Assembly (NCBI GenBank): GCA_964016885.1
Contig: OZ024740.1
Coordinates: 368,962,001 to 369,026,000 of the forward strand
Source of the DNA: Eledone cirrhosa
Lineage: Eukaryota
Direction: 5' to 3'
DNA length: 64,000 nt
A program made the position numbers and the translations under genes. Positions 42,758 to 55,269 of the stretch are shown here, in pieces. How positions within the stretch are numbered: the stretch's first letter is position 1; each line of letters starts with the position of its first letter. The notes below the pieces were generated by a model that was given only the letters and a program-made list of their open reading frames with translations, did not search any database and was not told where the DNA came from.

Positions 42758-43335
42758 TTTGGATCTGAATGTAGCAACCGTTAATTCACCCAACTATGTT
42801 TTAAACAATTCATGTCAAAAACATGTACTGCTAAAAATCTAGTCAAATTCCCCTTGCATCATAGTTAATTACCTTAAGAAATGATACATGAAATAAATTA
42901 GAACGATATATATTTTACTTTACTAAACGAATGTGTAGTTACAGAAGGAACACTGTCTCTGTTCAGCTAATTCAATATGAGCATATACTGCGCAAAACCT
43001 CAAAATCTTGAACATTCCACCATTAATATTTTAACTATACTGTCATATATAATTGTTTGTATCGAGCATAATTCATCAAGCTGAATACCAGCTTGAAAAA
43101 TTGTTTATTTTATAAGTTCAAATCATCTTTCTTAAAATTTAGCAAATAAAGCACGGAAACGTTGAATGAAAGCTTTATCAAGGTATGGATTGCAAGGACA
43201 GCACACTTATATAGAATGACACATGTGTTCTATTTGGAAGTTTGTAAAGGAAATGTATGTGGTGTATATACCAAAAACCCAATTTGTCTAATAGATTCAC
43301 ACACGCACACGAATATCAAAATATATATATAAAGA

Positions 43336-43525
43336 AATAATTGTTTCTACTTAGGCACAAGGCCAGCAATTACCCAGTGCATTACTGGTACTTTATTTTA
43401 TCGACCCCGTAAGGATGAAAGGCAAAGTCAACCTCGGCGGGATTTGAACTCAGATCGTAACATGACGGAACTATGCTGGAAAGCATGGCGTCCGACCCTC
43501 TACTGAAAATGCCAACCCACTGCTC
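43336..43525 (-). mobile_element. tRNA-derived SINE with 12-bp TSD
   Basis: Family match; taaagaaataat at 43330 and 43527. Confidence 0.9.
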
Positions 43526-44055
43526 TTAAAGAAATAATATAATATATATATATACATATGTGTGTAAGTATATATAGATATGCATACGCACGCATACACA
43601 CACATGTATATATATATATATTCACCCTATTTTACTTGTCCCAATAATTTTATTTGTTATTGCTCGCACCAACTAGAGGTATATGATTTGTAAAGCGATG
43701 AAATACCAATAAAAGTTGGAAGATCATTGATGAAGGATTAATTTTATTCATATGTAACCCATGTGCAACCACGCAACGCTCCATTTTTCTCATGTATATA
43801 TATAGTTTTGCGAGGTTTTTGATATGAAATCGTGTGTCGAAACAAATATTGTTATATTTGGGGAGCGTCATATTTGTGTAATATTGCCAGAATTAATAAC
43901 AGAACACACTCACTGTATGGTTGGTTTTGGGTTTTCACTTCTGTGTCTTTTATATTGGTTAATTTAATTTAATGTATTCGGTCCTCAATGTTGCCATTAA
44001 CTGACCAACGGTCAAACATACAGATACAATATAGACACAAACACATATATATAGT

Positions 44056-44101
44056 CTATCAAAGTTCTTTCGTTGCACATCTGCAACATCGTCAGTGGTA
44101 C
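44056..44101 (-). ncRNA. Hammerhead in the PLE pseudo-LTR (family L); decayed mirror copy at 47115-47160 (+)
   Basis: CTGACGA t-gttgc agatgt gcaac GAAA gaac TT tgatag; stem I partly decayed. Confidence 0.6.
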
Positions 44102-46253
44102 TATTGTTTCCTCCCGTTACATTGTATGTCTACGCCATCTTTATTTAGTCTGTGTATATATTTATTTATTTGTTTATTTTATTGTGTTCTTTGCGCATGC
44201 GTTTGCGTGTGTGTATAGTGTTTTGTTTGATGTGTGTTCGTGTTCGGGTGACTGTGTATTGGTTAATGTATTCTATCTTTATAGTGTGTGTTTATATGTG
44301 TTTGTTGTTATTGTGCTTGTGTATGTATTTATTTATTTATCTATGTATTTATTTATTTATACTTCTCTTAGGTCAGTGTTGTTTGTTTGGGTGTTGTTGT
44401 TATTCTATTCATTTTTTCTGTTTAACTCTGGTATCTCTGGTTGTCGTACATGAGGTGGCTTTCCCTATTTTATGTCTAGCCCTATCTAAGCTATTCCATG
44501 ATTTGCTCCTGTATAATGGGCAAATTCCTTTCATGTCCAGTTCTATGATGGTCTTATACTTCTCCATGGCTCCTTCGTATACTCTGATTCTGTCTCTTTG
44601 GTTGTAGACAGAGAACTGCATGCGGTTGATGAAGTGTTGGATGTGTCTTTCCAGTTCACTTGGGTCGCACATGCGGGACACGTTCTTCATAACTCGTACG
44701 AAGTTTGCGATCAGAATATTAAACTTTGCACTACTGGACATTGCTGAGTTCTTGAGTATCAAGTATTTGGAGGCCATGGGTTTAGCATAGTGTGAGTGGA
44801 GAATGTGGGCTTTCTCGTCTATAGTGTTAATCCAGAGTTCCGTGTCTAATGCAGGTAGTCTATTGTTAGGGTGTTTGGAAGGGTAGTCGATAGTTACAGT
44901 TATACTCTGGTGTATGGAATTAGCTATCTGCTGGATGCTTTCCATTGTGCTACGTTCCTAATACAACTTGTAAGTACTCTCTTGTGGGGATGTTCTTATT
45001 ACTATATTGATATCGTCTACGTAACGAGAGTACATGATGAGGTCTATTGAGCTCTCATCAAGGAGATCTTTAAGTCGCCTTTCCCACCATACCATAAAAA
45101 GGTTGGCAACGTCACCAGCTATGCTGACGCCAATGGCTGCTCCCTCATTTTGGGAGTAGATCTTCTCGTTGAACTTGAATATGTGGCCCTTTAGGGTAGT
45201 TTTGATACTAGTCAATATTGCATGTGCGACCATTTTTCTTACCTGATCATTGTTTTGGGGGGTCCGTATAGCTTTGGTCCACCCAATCCACCTTCCCATC
45301 TTATGGGTCTATTGGGGCAGAAACGTCTAATGTCATGGCTGTCTAGGTAGTCAGTGTCGTATGTAAGTCTAAGTAGGAGGCCCAGTTCGTCTGTGTGAAC
45401 GTCGCAGAACCCCACCTCACTCTCAATGATCATATCCACACATTTTTCCACAGCAAAATCAATGTTAATGGATGGGTACAGTGATACCACATCCATACTG
45501 CCTATTATGCAGTTGGATAGGTTCCTGTTTTTGTTGCACTCACTGATTCTGCTGACGAGGTCCTCTGTACTGTTACATACATCTGAGGACATCTTGATTA
45601 TGGGGCGTATAACCATTGAGAGGAAGTGGAAGATCCTGTAGTTACTAGCTATATTTGCTCCGCATACGGGTCTTGTTGGTGGGCCTATAGTCATGTCGTC
45701 GACTCCCCTGTGGTCTTTGCGGAGCCCATACAAGGGTCGTATGCCATTTTTAGACGCCTGGAAGTTGTTGGCAGTGCGTCTGCTTGGGTTTAGGATGTCG
45801 GGCCACATCATCATGTGAGCGTTGAGGATTTTCTCTCTCCCATCATGTATTTGCTGTGCAATTTCGCTCGTGATGGTGATGTCGGGTTGCATAGCCTTGA
45901 TGTAGTTCGGCATGCTGTCTATTGAGATCCTACCAGACTTATCCGTGGGTAGACATACAACCTCACCATCCCTTGTGCGCTGCTTGAGGCTAACCAAGCC
46001 TTCTACAGGTTTCCTCCCAAGTTGTTGGACTTCTGGTCTGCTCTGTCTCTTAGTGTACCGGTCTACTATTTGTCTAATCGTATTTCTAGCTATAGTAAAC
46101 TGTGTCTCTGTTTCGTCATCTATTTGTTGTGGTATGCAAACTCCTTTATTAAAGGGTAACCTCGTAGGATAGATATTGCCCATCTTATATGTTTTGTCAT
46201 TTGGGTTGAAGAATCGTTTCTCTAAGGGGTTGTCATTATATCTATCGTCATAA

Positions 46254-46445
46254 GGGCGGGGGATTGGCATTATCGGTAGAGGGTCGGACGCCATGCTTTG
46301 CAGCAAAGAGTTATTCCCCTTTATAGTCTGAGTTCAAATCCCGCCGAGGTTAACTTTGCCTTTCATCCTTGCGGGGTCGATAAAATAAAGTACCAGTAAT
46401 ACACTGGGATAGTTGCTGGCCGTGTGCCAAAAGTAGAAACAATTA
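46254..46445 (+). mobile_element. tRNA-derived SINE inserted into the PLE ORF, with 19-bp TSD
   Basis: gggcggggattggcattatcgg..gagttcaaatcc..; attatatctatcgtcataa at 46236 and 46442. Confidence 0.92.
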
Positions 46446-47347
46446 TATCTATCGTCATAATTGTGTGTGTTGCTATTATTGTTATTATGGTGGTTGTTGT
46501 TGTTCCTATCATTAGCATTATTATTATTGTTATGATTGCTAGATGTATTGTTGCTATGATTGTTAGATGTATTGTTGTTATGGTTGCTAGATGTATTGTT
46601 GCTGTGATTGTTAGATATATTGTTGCTGTTTTCTCCACCGTTATTGTTGTTGTTACTGCTATTTCTATCATTGTGGTTGTTACTTTATTATGTTTCTTGT
46701 TTTTGTTGTATCTATCATTAATGTTGCTACATGTTTTATTTCTATTATTACCACTGTGGTTGTTGTTGTTGTTATTCATATTGTTACCGTTATTACTACT
46801 GTGGTCGCTGCTGCTGAATATCTAAACATAGAAAAGACCCAGCAGATATGCAAATCAGAGAGGCCAGTGAAATAGAACTTAGAAGGCCAAACAGAAAAAA
46901 TGAATGGAATAACCACAACACCCAGACAAACAACACTGACCTAAGAGAAGTATTAATAAATAAATAAATAAATAAATAAATAGATAAATAAATAAATACA
47001 TACACAAGGACAATAACAACAAACACATATAAACACACACTAGTAAAGATAGAATACATTAACCAATAGACAGTGAAGATGGCGTATACATATGATGGAA
47101 CGGGAGGAAACAATAGACTACCGGCGATGTTGCAGATGGGCAACGAAAGAACTTTGATAAACTATATATATGTCTTTGTCTCTATATTGTATCTGTATTG
47201 TTGACTGTTGGCCAGTCAATGGCAACATTGAGGACGGAATAAATTAAATTAACCGATATATAAGACACAAAAGCGAAAAGCGAAAACCAACCAAACAGTG
47301 TTATTAATTCTGTCAATATTATTTCATCAATATGACCCCCCCAAGTA

Positions 47348-47383
<36 letters not shown>

Positions 47384-47408
47384 TATAATAAACAACATAG
47401 GGCAATTA

Positions 47409-47466
47409 TTCCATTTACCAGTGGTTTCTTAAAAGCAAAAGATTTTGATTTCTCCTCAGAATGAAA
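47409..47466 (-). ncRNA. Type I hammerhead (family M)
   Basis: tttcatt CTGAGGA gaaatcaaaatcttttgcttttaa GAAA cc act gg TA aatggaa; short inverted copy at 47474-47495. Confidence 0.65.
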
Positions 47467-47482
47467 AAATCCAGGATTTTTT

Positions 47483-48115
47483 TCATTCTGAGGAGTGAAA
47501 GCTGCTGGTTATGTGGGCCTTCATGTTCTTAGCGTAGGAGTATCCTAGTTTAAATTTGTGTCGGTTAAAGATGGAGCGGTATTTATGACCTAAGGGGAAG
47601 TTTGTATCTAAGAGGGCTAGACATTTTTTTCCTATATTGGTTTTAACGTTGAGTGAGAAGGGAGGAGAGAACCAGATAGTTTGTCTATTGATGCGCTTAC
47701 TTTTCTTAATGGTGTTGTTGCTAGTGGAAGAGTAGGTGATATGTTGTGAGAAGCTGCTGTTAGCCAACGCAGTGTTATAGTATGGTGCCGCCCTGTCAAA
47801 GATAGCCTTATTAGAGGAGAGGTTTGATATTCTAGTACTGATAATCTTAACGAAGTTTCTAAAAACAGTGGGAGGATGGCATGAGTCCTTGTGAATGTAA
47901 TTAAGTTTCTCGTTTAGTTTATGGAAGGGTCTGTGGGTGTGTGTGCGAAGATGTAAATTAATGTCCAAGAATTCTCACGCTAGAGAGGTTGGTGGCTATG
48001 TTATCCTAAGGCCTAACTCATTGAAGGTAGAAGCTAAGTCTTTTTTAAACCGGTCGAGGTCGTGACCACATTTATGGCTCGATAAAATGAGTCCGTTCTC
48101 ACGGTATATTCCCGT
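47483..48115 (-). pseudogene. Penelope-like RT C-terminus/thumb fragment (YRDD-type family, tentatively Naiad-like)
   Basis: GIYRENGL (decayed YRDDGL), YIHKDSCHPP, RISNLSSN, TIWFSPPFSLNVKTNIGK..IFNRH..LGYS. Confidence 0.85.
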
Positions 48116-48118
48116 TTA

Positions 48119-48733
48119 TTTCCTGAACCACCAGTCTACCTTCAGATACCCGGACAGATGTTAATCCACGAAACTCGCGAGCCACCTATGGTCCCGCAAG
48201 GTCTCAAGTATAGGGGACACCATTCAATGGAAGGCCATCACTAAGTCCAAGCCATACGCAAGGGGAAACCAGATGTGTGGCTTATGTATTGACGAACGAA
48301 TAACTATCATAAAGAGATTACGCAATAGTGATTGCCTAAACACGAGAAGTGAATTTTTCACACGTTTTCCACATGTCACCAAACATCTATTGCATAACTA
48401 CAAGCCTCCGGACTGATTCTTTGTAATTTTATTTTTAAATGTTTTTATTTTATTTTCAACCAAAAAACTTTCCGGACTTTCGCAGTTATCTCGCTTACAC
48501 CCACCGCACGCAGTCTAGTATTGCCTGTGTGAAGTGACCGAGTTTCTGCGCATGCGCGTTCGTACGGTTGTCCTTCCTGTTTCTATAACCATACACATCC
48601 CGAACTGAAGATCCGCGAAGGTGAAACAATTGTTCTCGGTATGGTGAACTAATTGTTGTGTAACCACTTCTACCTATCTCGTACCTTGGACTGAGTGCTC
48701 TATCACTACGGATATTACCTTCCAGTGTTCCAC

Positions 48734-48740
<7 letters not shown>
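48119..48740 (+). mobile_element. Penelope-like 3' end: endonuclease C-terminus (48119-48416), 3' UTR and family A hammerhead (48600-48639)
   Basis: NHQSTF..STKLASHLW..IQWKAI..PY..CGLCIDE..LNTRSEFF..PH; ccgaa CTGAAGA tccgcgaaggt GAAA caattg TT ctcgg, with stem I extension accatac/gtatggt. Confidence 0.85.
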
Positions 48741-48798
<58 letters not shown>

Positions 48799-48881
48799 GA
48801 TGTTATATTTAATTAGTTGGGATACAACAAGCAAAATATTTTTATAACTGATATAAAGCACTCAACAAATTATTGAAGTAA

Positions 48882-49203
48882 ATATACAATATATTAAGAA
48901 ATGGAAACTATATTTATAAAGCCATATTATTTCATTATACATATTTCAAGGGCCACTAAGGCAGATTATGGTGCGCTTTCATCAGATAAAATATAATATA
49001 GGTTAGTTTTATAAATAAAGGAGATTCCAACCAGAATGGTTGCATTTTGTCAGGGTATGTCAATATATATTTATAAAACTCACCTATATTATGTTTTATC
49101 TTATGAAAGCGCACCATAATTCGCCTTGGTGGCCCCTGAAATATGTATAATGAAATAAATATGGTTTTATAAATATAGTTTCCATTTCTTAATGTGTTAA
49201 TAT

Positions 49204-49212
<9 letters not shown>
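48882..49212. mobile_element. Palindromic element, family H; hammerhead on - at 48929-48992 (canonical) and on + at 49093-49156 (G5U)
   Basis: attttat CTGATGA aag..ctt GAAA tatgta TA atgaaat; arms are reverse complements. Confidence 0.82.
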
Positions 49213-49256
<44 letters not shown>

Positions 49257-49679
49257 CCATATGTGTGCGTTTGTTTGTGTGTGTGTGTATGGGTGCGTGG
49301 GTGTGTGTTTGTGTATGTGTGTGTACAATGTATAATTCTACATAAAAAAAAGAAATTAAAATACAACAGAAAGTGAAATATTGTGTAGTCAACTTACCGA
49401 ACCGTTTATGTATTTTCGGTATATCATATTTCGGAAAGATAAGTGACAAATTTCCTGAAATATTCTATCGATCTATGGAATGTTACTTTTTTTAAATTTC
49501 GATGTTTAAGGCATATATTGAATAAGATGTCTTCCTGTTATATTCCAAGACATGTGCACTATTGATTACCAATTTTATCTTAACCTAGAATAAGGTTAAT
49601 CTTGAACTAAAATTTAATGAATTAGCATAAACACACACGCGACGCTGACGGGCGCACATACAGATACGAACACTCGCTC

Positions 49680-49860
<181 letters not shown>

Positions 49861-50262
49861 CAACGCCGAAAGTTTGTTCTAAGAATCTGATTTTTTAAGT
49901 TTATTCCACGCCAAATTCTGCCTTTCATTCAGGATCGATAAAGCGAGTATGTTTTCAAAACGTGTGCTACTCTTTTTTCCTAACGGTTGACACATATTTA
50001 TTCACCTGCATTTCAAAAATCAAGCACAGAATCACATTGCACATAGCCACACAAACAAAATCAGATATTTGACTATATTATCGCGGATATAGTAAGATGC
50101 ACAAAGTAACATCCACCATGAATATATACGAAATTTTGCCCACGCTTGCACTGATATACACATTTATGTTACACTTACATATGAAGATACGCCACCAAAA
50201 CACTCGCGCACACATACACACACACGCCCCCACATATCCACACATATATAACACACACACAA

Positions 50263-50299
<37 letters not shown>

Positions 50300-51163
50300 A
50301 TTGAAATTTAGTACAATCGAATCTCTGGCGGTTTGCAAGCAAATTCGGCCTACTCATATGAAATGATGAGTTAGCAAAGCACTCGATAAGGTAGGTCGTT
50401 AGAGTAATAACATACGTTCAAATAGCTTGACAAATCGAACATTGTGGTTGGCAAAATCTAACACACAATAATATACCAGAGTAACGATAGAACTAACAGG
50501 TTGAGAAAAATACACCTGGACAAATCAAACGATTATACGTTTAAAGTGTTTCTTTGAATCCGAAATCAAATATCAGACTTACGTGACTGGCAATATATAT
50601 ATAACATAGAAATGGCTTCTACAGGACTGTATCTGTTTCATTCGAAATAAATCATCAGGGCTTGCTGATGGTTTCCCTCTCTCTCTCTATATATATATAT
50701 CCATAGCGAAAACCACGTTATACATCACGCATATCTACTCTAGATGTGCGTCATACCACGATACATACGAGGTATATTGTTCATCGCTCTACATATCTTC
50801 AGGAGCCTACACATAGTTTGTAATATCAACTGTATTACATACATAAGATAACATAAGATAAGCGGTATATTAAAAACTGTATATCAAAATGTTGTGCTTC
50901 TGTACATACATTCATTAACAGACATATATGATTAAAAATTAGGGACTAGATTAAAAATAAATTATGTGTGTATATTGACTTAAAATAAGAAGGACATTAG
51001 TTAGTCAATGGTAATTCATTAGAATCCTAGTTTGAAATTATTTTTATCCTGATATGTTGACTTCCAACGATACAAAAAAAATTGTTAACAAGAAAACATA
51101 AGTATCACGCTTATTATATTATAGTTCACATATATTAATATTATTTATAATATAAAATAATAT

Positions 51164-51355
51164 AGGGCGGTGGATTGGTAGAATTGGTAGAGATGTGGAC
51201 ACTATGCTTTGTACTATAGTTTCAGCTCTTTACGGTCTGACTTCAAATCCCACCGTAGTTAACTTTGCCTTTCATCGTTACGATTTAGATAAAATAAAGT
51301 ACCAATAATGAACTGGCGTAATTGCTGGCCTTGTCCCAAAAGTAGAAACAATTAT
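51164..51355 (+). mobile_element. tRNA-derived SINE (diverged)
   Basis: gggcggtggattgg..ttcaaatcc..ctttgcctttcatc..tagaaacaatt. Confidence 0.85.
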
Positions 51356-51787
51356 TCATAATATAATACAATAAAATAAATATTATTATTTATTGTATTA
51401 TTTTGCTGTTATCGAATTTATGTAAAACATTTGACACTTCAAACAATATCTAAACACCTGAAGATAGGTACAGCGATGAACAAATACCTAGTATGTATCG
51501 TGGATTGGCCCACCTCTCTACATTGAAACATATGTAAAATAAAGTCATGTCTTAAGTATAACTTGGTTATTGTCTCTATTAATAGGTTCTGCAGCTCGTA
51601 TCATAAGCGTCTACAACAGAACCTCCAACGGCTGGAAAATCCTTAACCGATTTTAAATTACTGCTGTGTCAAGGACACTAGATAGCATCGATCTTCACCT
51701 ATATTTACCAGGATATATATTGGAATACCTCAATATTACCGTAAATATACTATATATTTATAAATAAATAAACATACAAACAAACAA

Positions 51788-51882
<95 letters not shown>

Positions 51883-52289
51883 AAGAGAAATATACCTTAC
51901 ATTCATGTACCTTCATTTATAGGAACACTTGTCCCACGCCAAGATACGTTAACATTGAATAACATCTGTTGTACCCTAGGTGATATATGGGGCAAGAACA
52001 GTTGTTATTAATTATTTTTTAGTGTTGAATGAATAAGTATCGTTAATCCTGAAGTATTTTTATAATGCGTCTTCACTTGGTTGCAGGTCGTTGTGATGGG
52101 ATTAGAGCTTTAACAAATGATAGCAGGTCAATGTATATAAATGTATCATACGGGAACATATTGTGTCCATATACATCTATAATCCGAATCCCGCTGCATT
52201 AGGTGCTAGTGCTGATTTCTCGAACGTTCTGTTATATGCAAATATGCCTTTATAAAACAAGTATTATCTCTAAAATCCGGTACAGCAAT

Positions 52290-52955
52290 AATCTTGCAAA
52301 TTGCTATAAACGTAAAGTGGATGGTCTGGATAAGAGCAATTATAGGGGCATACAACTGTTGGATCAGGTTATGAAAGTGACAGAAAGAGTGTTATCACAA
52401 CTAATCAGAGAAAGAGTCAAATTAGATGAGATGCAGTTTGTCTTTGTGCCTGGGAAAAGTATAACACATGCCATCTTCTTCGAATTTATAGAGGTGTTTG
52501 ATAGATCCCGATACCTAGGTAATCTGATTAGCAATGAAGAGGGATGCTCCGAAGCCATAATCTCTAGAATAAGGACAGGATGGAAGAAGTTTAGGAAGCT
52601 GCTTCCTCTGTTGACAACGAATGTTTTCTTCCGACGAACGAAAGGTCGGTTATATGATGCCCGTGTGAGATGCGAGATGCTGCATAAGACGGATAAACTG
52701 TAGTGTGCGGGAGAAAAGACTGCGTTGGTATGGACATATGATGCGCATGGAAGAAATCCCGGTAGAAGGAAGACGCAGTAGAGGAATACCACGAAGAATA
52801 TGGGTGGAGGTGGTGAGAGCTGGCCTCAGATCGCTAGAAGCTCACAGAGGTGATGTCGAGGGACCGTGACGAAAAGAATTATGCTGTGCGTAAGAGGACG
52901 CGTTCTGCCCTTGCAAGAAGGAAACAGCGGATGTAAAATGATGATGATGATGATG
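52290..52955 (+). mobile_element. Internally deleted RTE-clade LINE with (TGA)n tail
   Basis: NYRGIQLLDQVMKVTERV..QFVFVPGKS, RYLG..RIRTGWKKFRKLLPLL..KGRLYDARVR, REKRLRWYGH, and the tail. Confidence 0.85.
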
Positions 52956-54740
52956 AAGAGGAGGAGAATGATCATGAGGATAATGATGATGTTAAGGAAA
53001 TAACGATCGTGATTACTCGTATTTGGCGTACACCCCCGTGATATATAGCAGTGATATGATTATGGCGTATTAATCCTCACTCGCAGAATATGTAGATATA
53101 TTTTGCATAAACATAATGTATAAGCTTCTATATGCCACCTTCTATCCTATTTTCTTTCTCACTCGCACTTTGTGTTTATGTATCAGTATAAATACATATA
53201 ACTATATATGCTAATATTATTGTTCTTTCTTTGGTGAATTTTTTTCATCAGTTTCAGTTGTAAATACCAATGTTAAAACTAAACCGTTATGCCAAGCGTG
53301 AAGGATCATTAATCGCTACACTTTAAATTCTCTCATTTGTTTGCATATTAATACTGATTTCCTCTTGCACACATACGCACTTACAAACGTACACACATAA
53401 TCATTTCGTTGATACCCACATATATATACACGTTACTCCTTCTTATTTCTCAGAATAATTTTTGAGAATGAATAATCGCCTATGTAATTTACACTTTTTT
53501 GCATTAATATTTATAACACGTGCCTTGTTTCCACTGATTTACATCTTTTCCCATGCGTTTTTTTTTTACCTTATCACCTCTCCCTAATTGATTTGTTTCA
53601 ATGAATTATTAGATGGTTATGCATGGAAATACAAAATAATAAATAGGTAGGATTGTATGTCCCTACTTAAAGTGTGATCTATATATTTTGAACCCAATTA
53701 CTTCATAACAATTGAATACAATCTGATTTTCCACATCGTCAATATTATTATTATCTTTATTCGCTGATAATTATTATGATTTCATTTTCTCCTCATTAGT
53801 ATCATTATTGAGATCATCATTATCATCATCATCATCGACAACGTCGTTATAAACGCTTTCAATGTTTATAACCATATCATTATTATTAGGAACCAGGGTA
53901 TACATTTTTATAGTTGATATTGTTTGTTCTAGTTATTTGCATTTTCAGTCACATTTTATCACACTATTTGGTATTTGACAATTATTTTGCATGTTCTGTA
54001 TGAATAATGTTCAGAATTCTAAATATGTATTTCTAAAATTCCTGATTTTAAGCATATATTTACTGCCCAATCTTAATTTTATTATTCTGATAGCGCAGAT
54101 TCTGTGTGAATAATTTCCTCGAATTTAAATAAAATATTTCAGAAAACCCTTAACTTTAGCATACATTAACCTTTTAATATTTCTACTATTCGTGTATTGT
54201 AGAATGTTATGGATGTAAAAAAATATATTAACACGCTTTAATTACATTAACATTGAGAGAATCTCGCAAAAACTGTTCAATAATAAAGTTGTTGTGCCTT
54301 AACATCAAGAGTTTTCTTCACAAATCAATATACATAAAAAACACGTGATCAGCACCTTCACTGAACGCTGATGCAAAAGAAAATTAGAGGTCATATTTCC
54401 CAACATAATGTTTTTGTAAACGTTTTTATATTTTAGATATGTTTCATGTATCATATGTCTGAGATACAGTTTGAATAGAAACAAACATACGAACGGTATA
54501 TATCAATGGAGAGACTTAAAAAGGCGCCCATTAGCTTATAAAGAATACATGCATTGCATTCTGAATAAATCGTTTCAGAAGGAATAATTTAATCATTTGT
54601 AGTAGAGGAACTAAACTCCGTAAGCTGGGGAAATTGGCTCTATACCTCATGAGTATAGCAACATTTCTACACACACGAGCTACTGATAATGATGCCAGTG
54701 CAACGATCAATTTAGGTTTATCACTATTTTCCTAGAAGGT

Positions 54741-55269
<529 letters not shown>

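Larger units (their letters stand above)
43855..47350 (-). mobile_element. Penelope-like element with inverted pseudo-LTRs; RT largely present, endonuclease core deleted
   Basis: RT at 44409-46250: PTDKSGR, LYGLRKDH, TRPVCGA, SMDVVSLYPSI, EGAAIG, YSRYVDDINI, LPALDTEL. About 43855-44425 is the reverse complement of about 46890-47350. The right repeat is preceded by QIREASEIELRRPNRKNEW (endonuclease C-terminus). Confidence 0.9.

Noticed and set aside
46363-46825. Hydrophobic and Thr-rich ORFs resembling membrane or mucin proteins
   Set aside because: They are alternative frames of a low-complexity triplet tract inside the PLE, partly overlapping the SINE.
50620-50680. CTGATGA..GAAA..GTC on the minus strand
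   Set aside because: Stem I does not pair and stem II is weak; not counted as a ribozyme.
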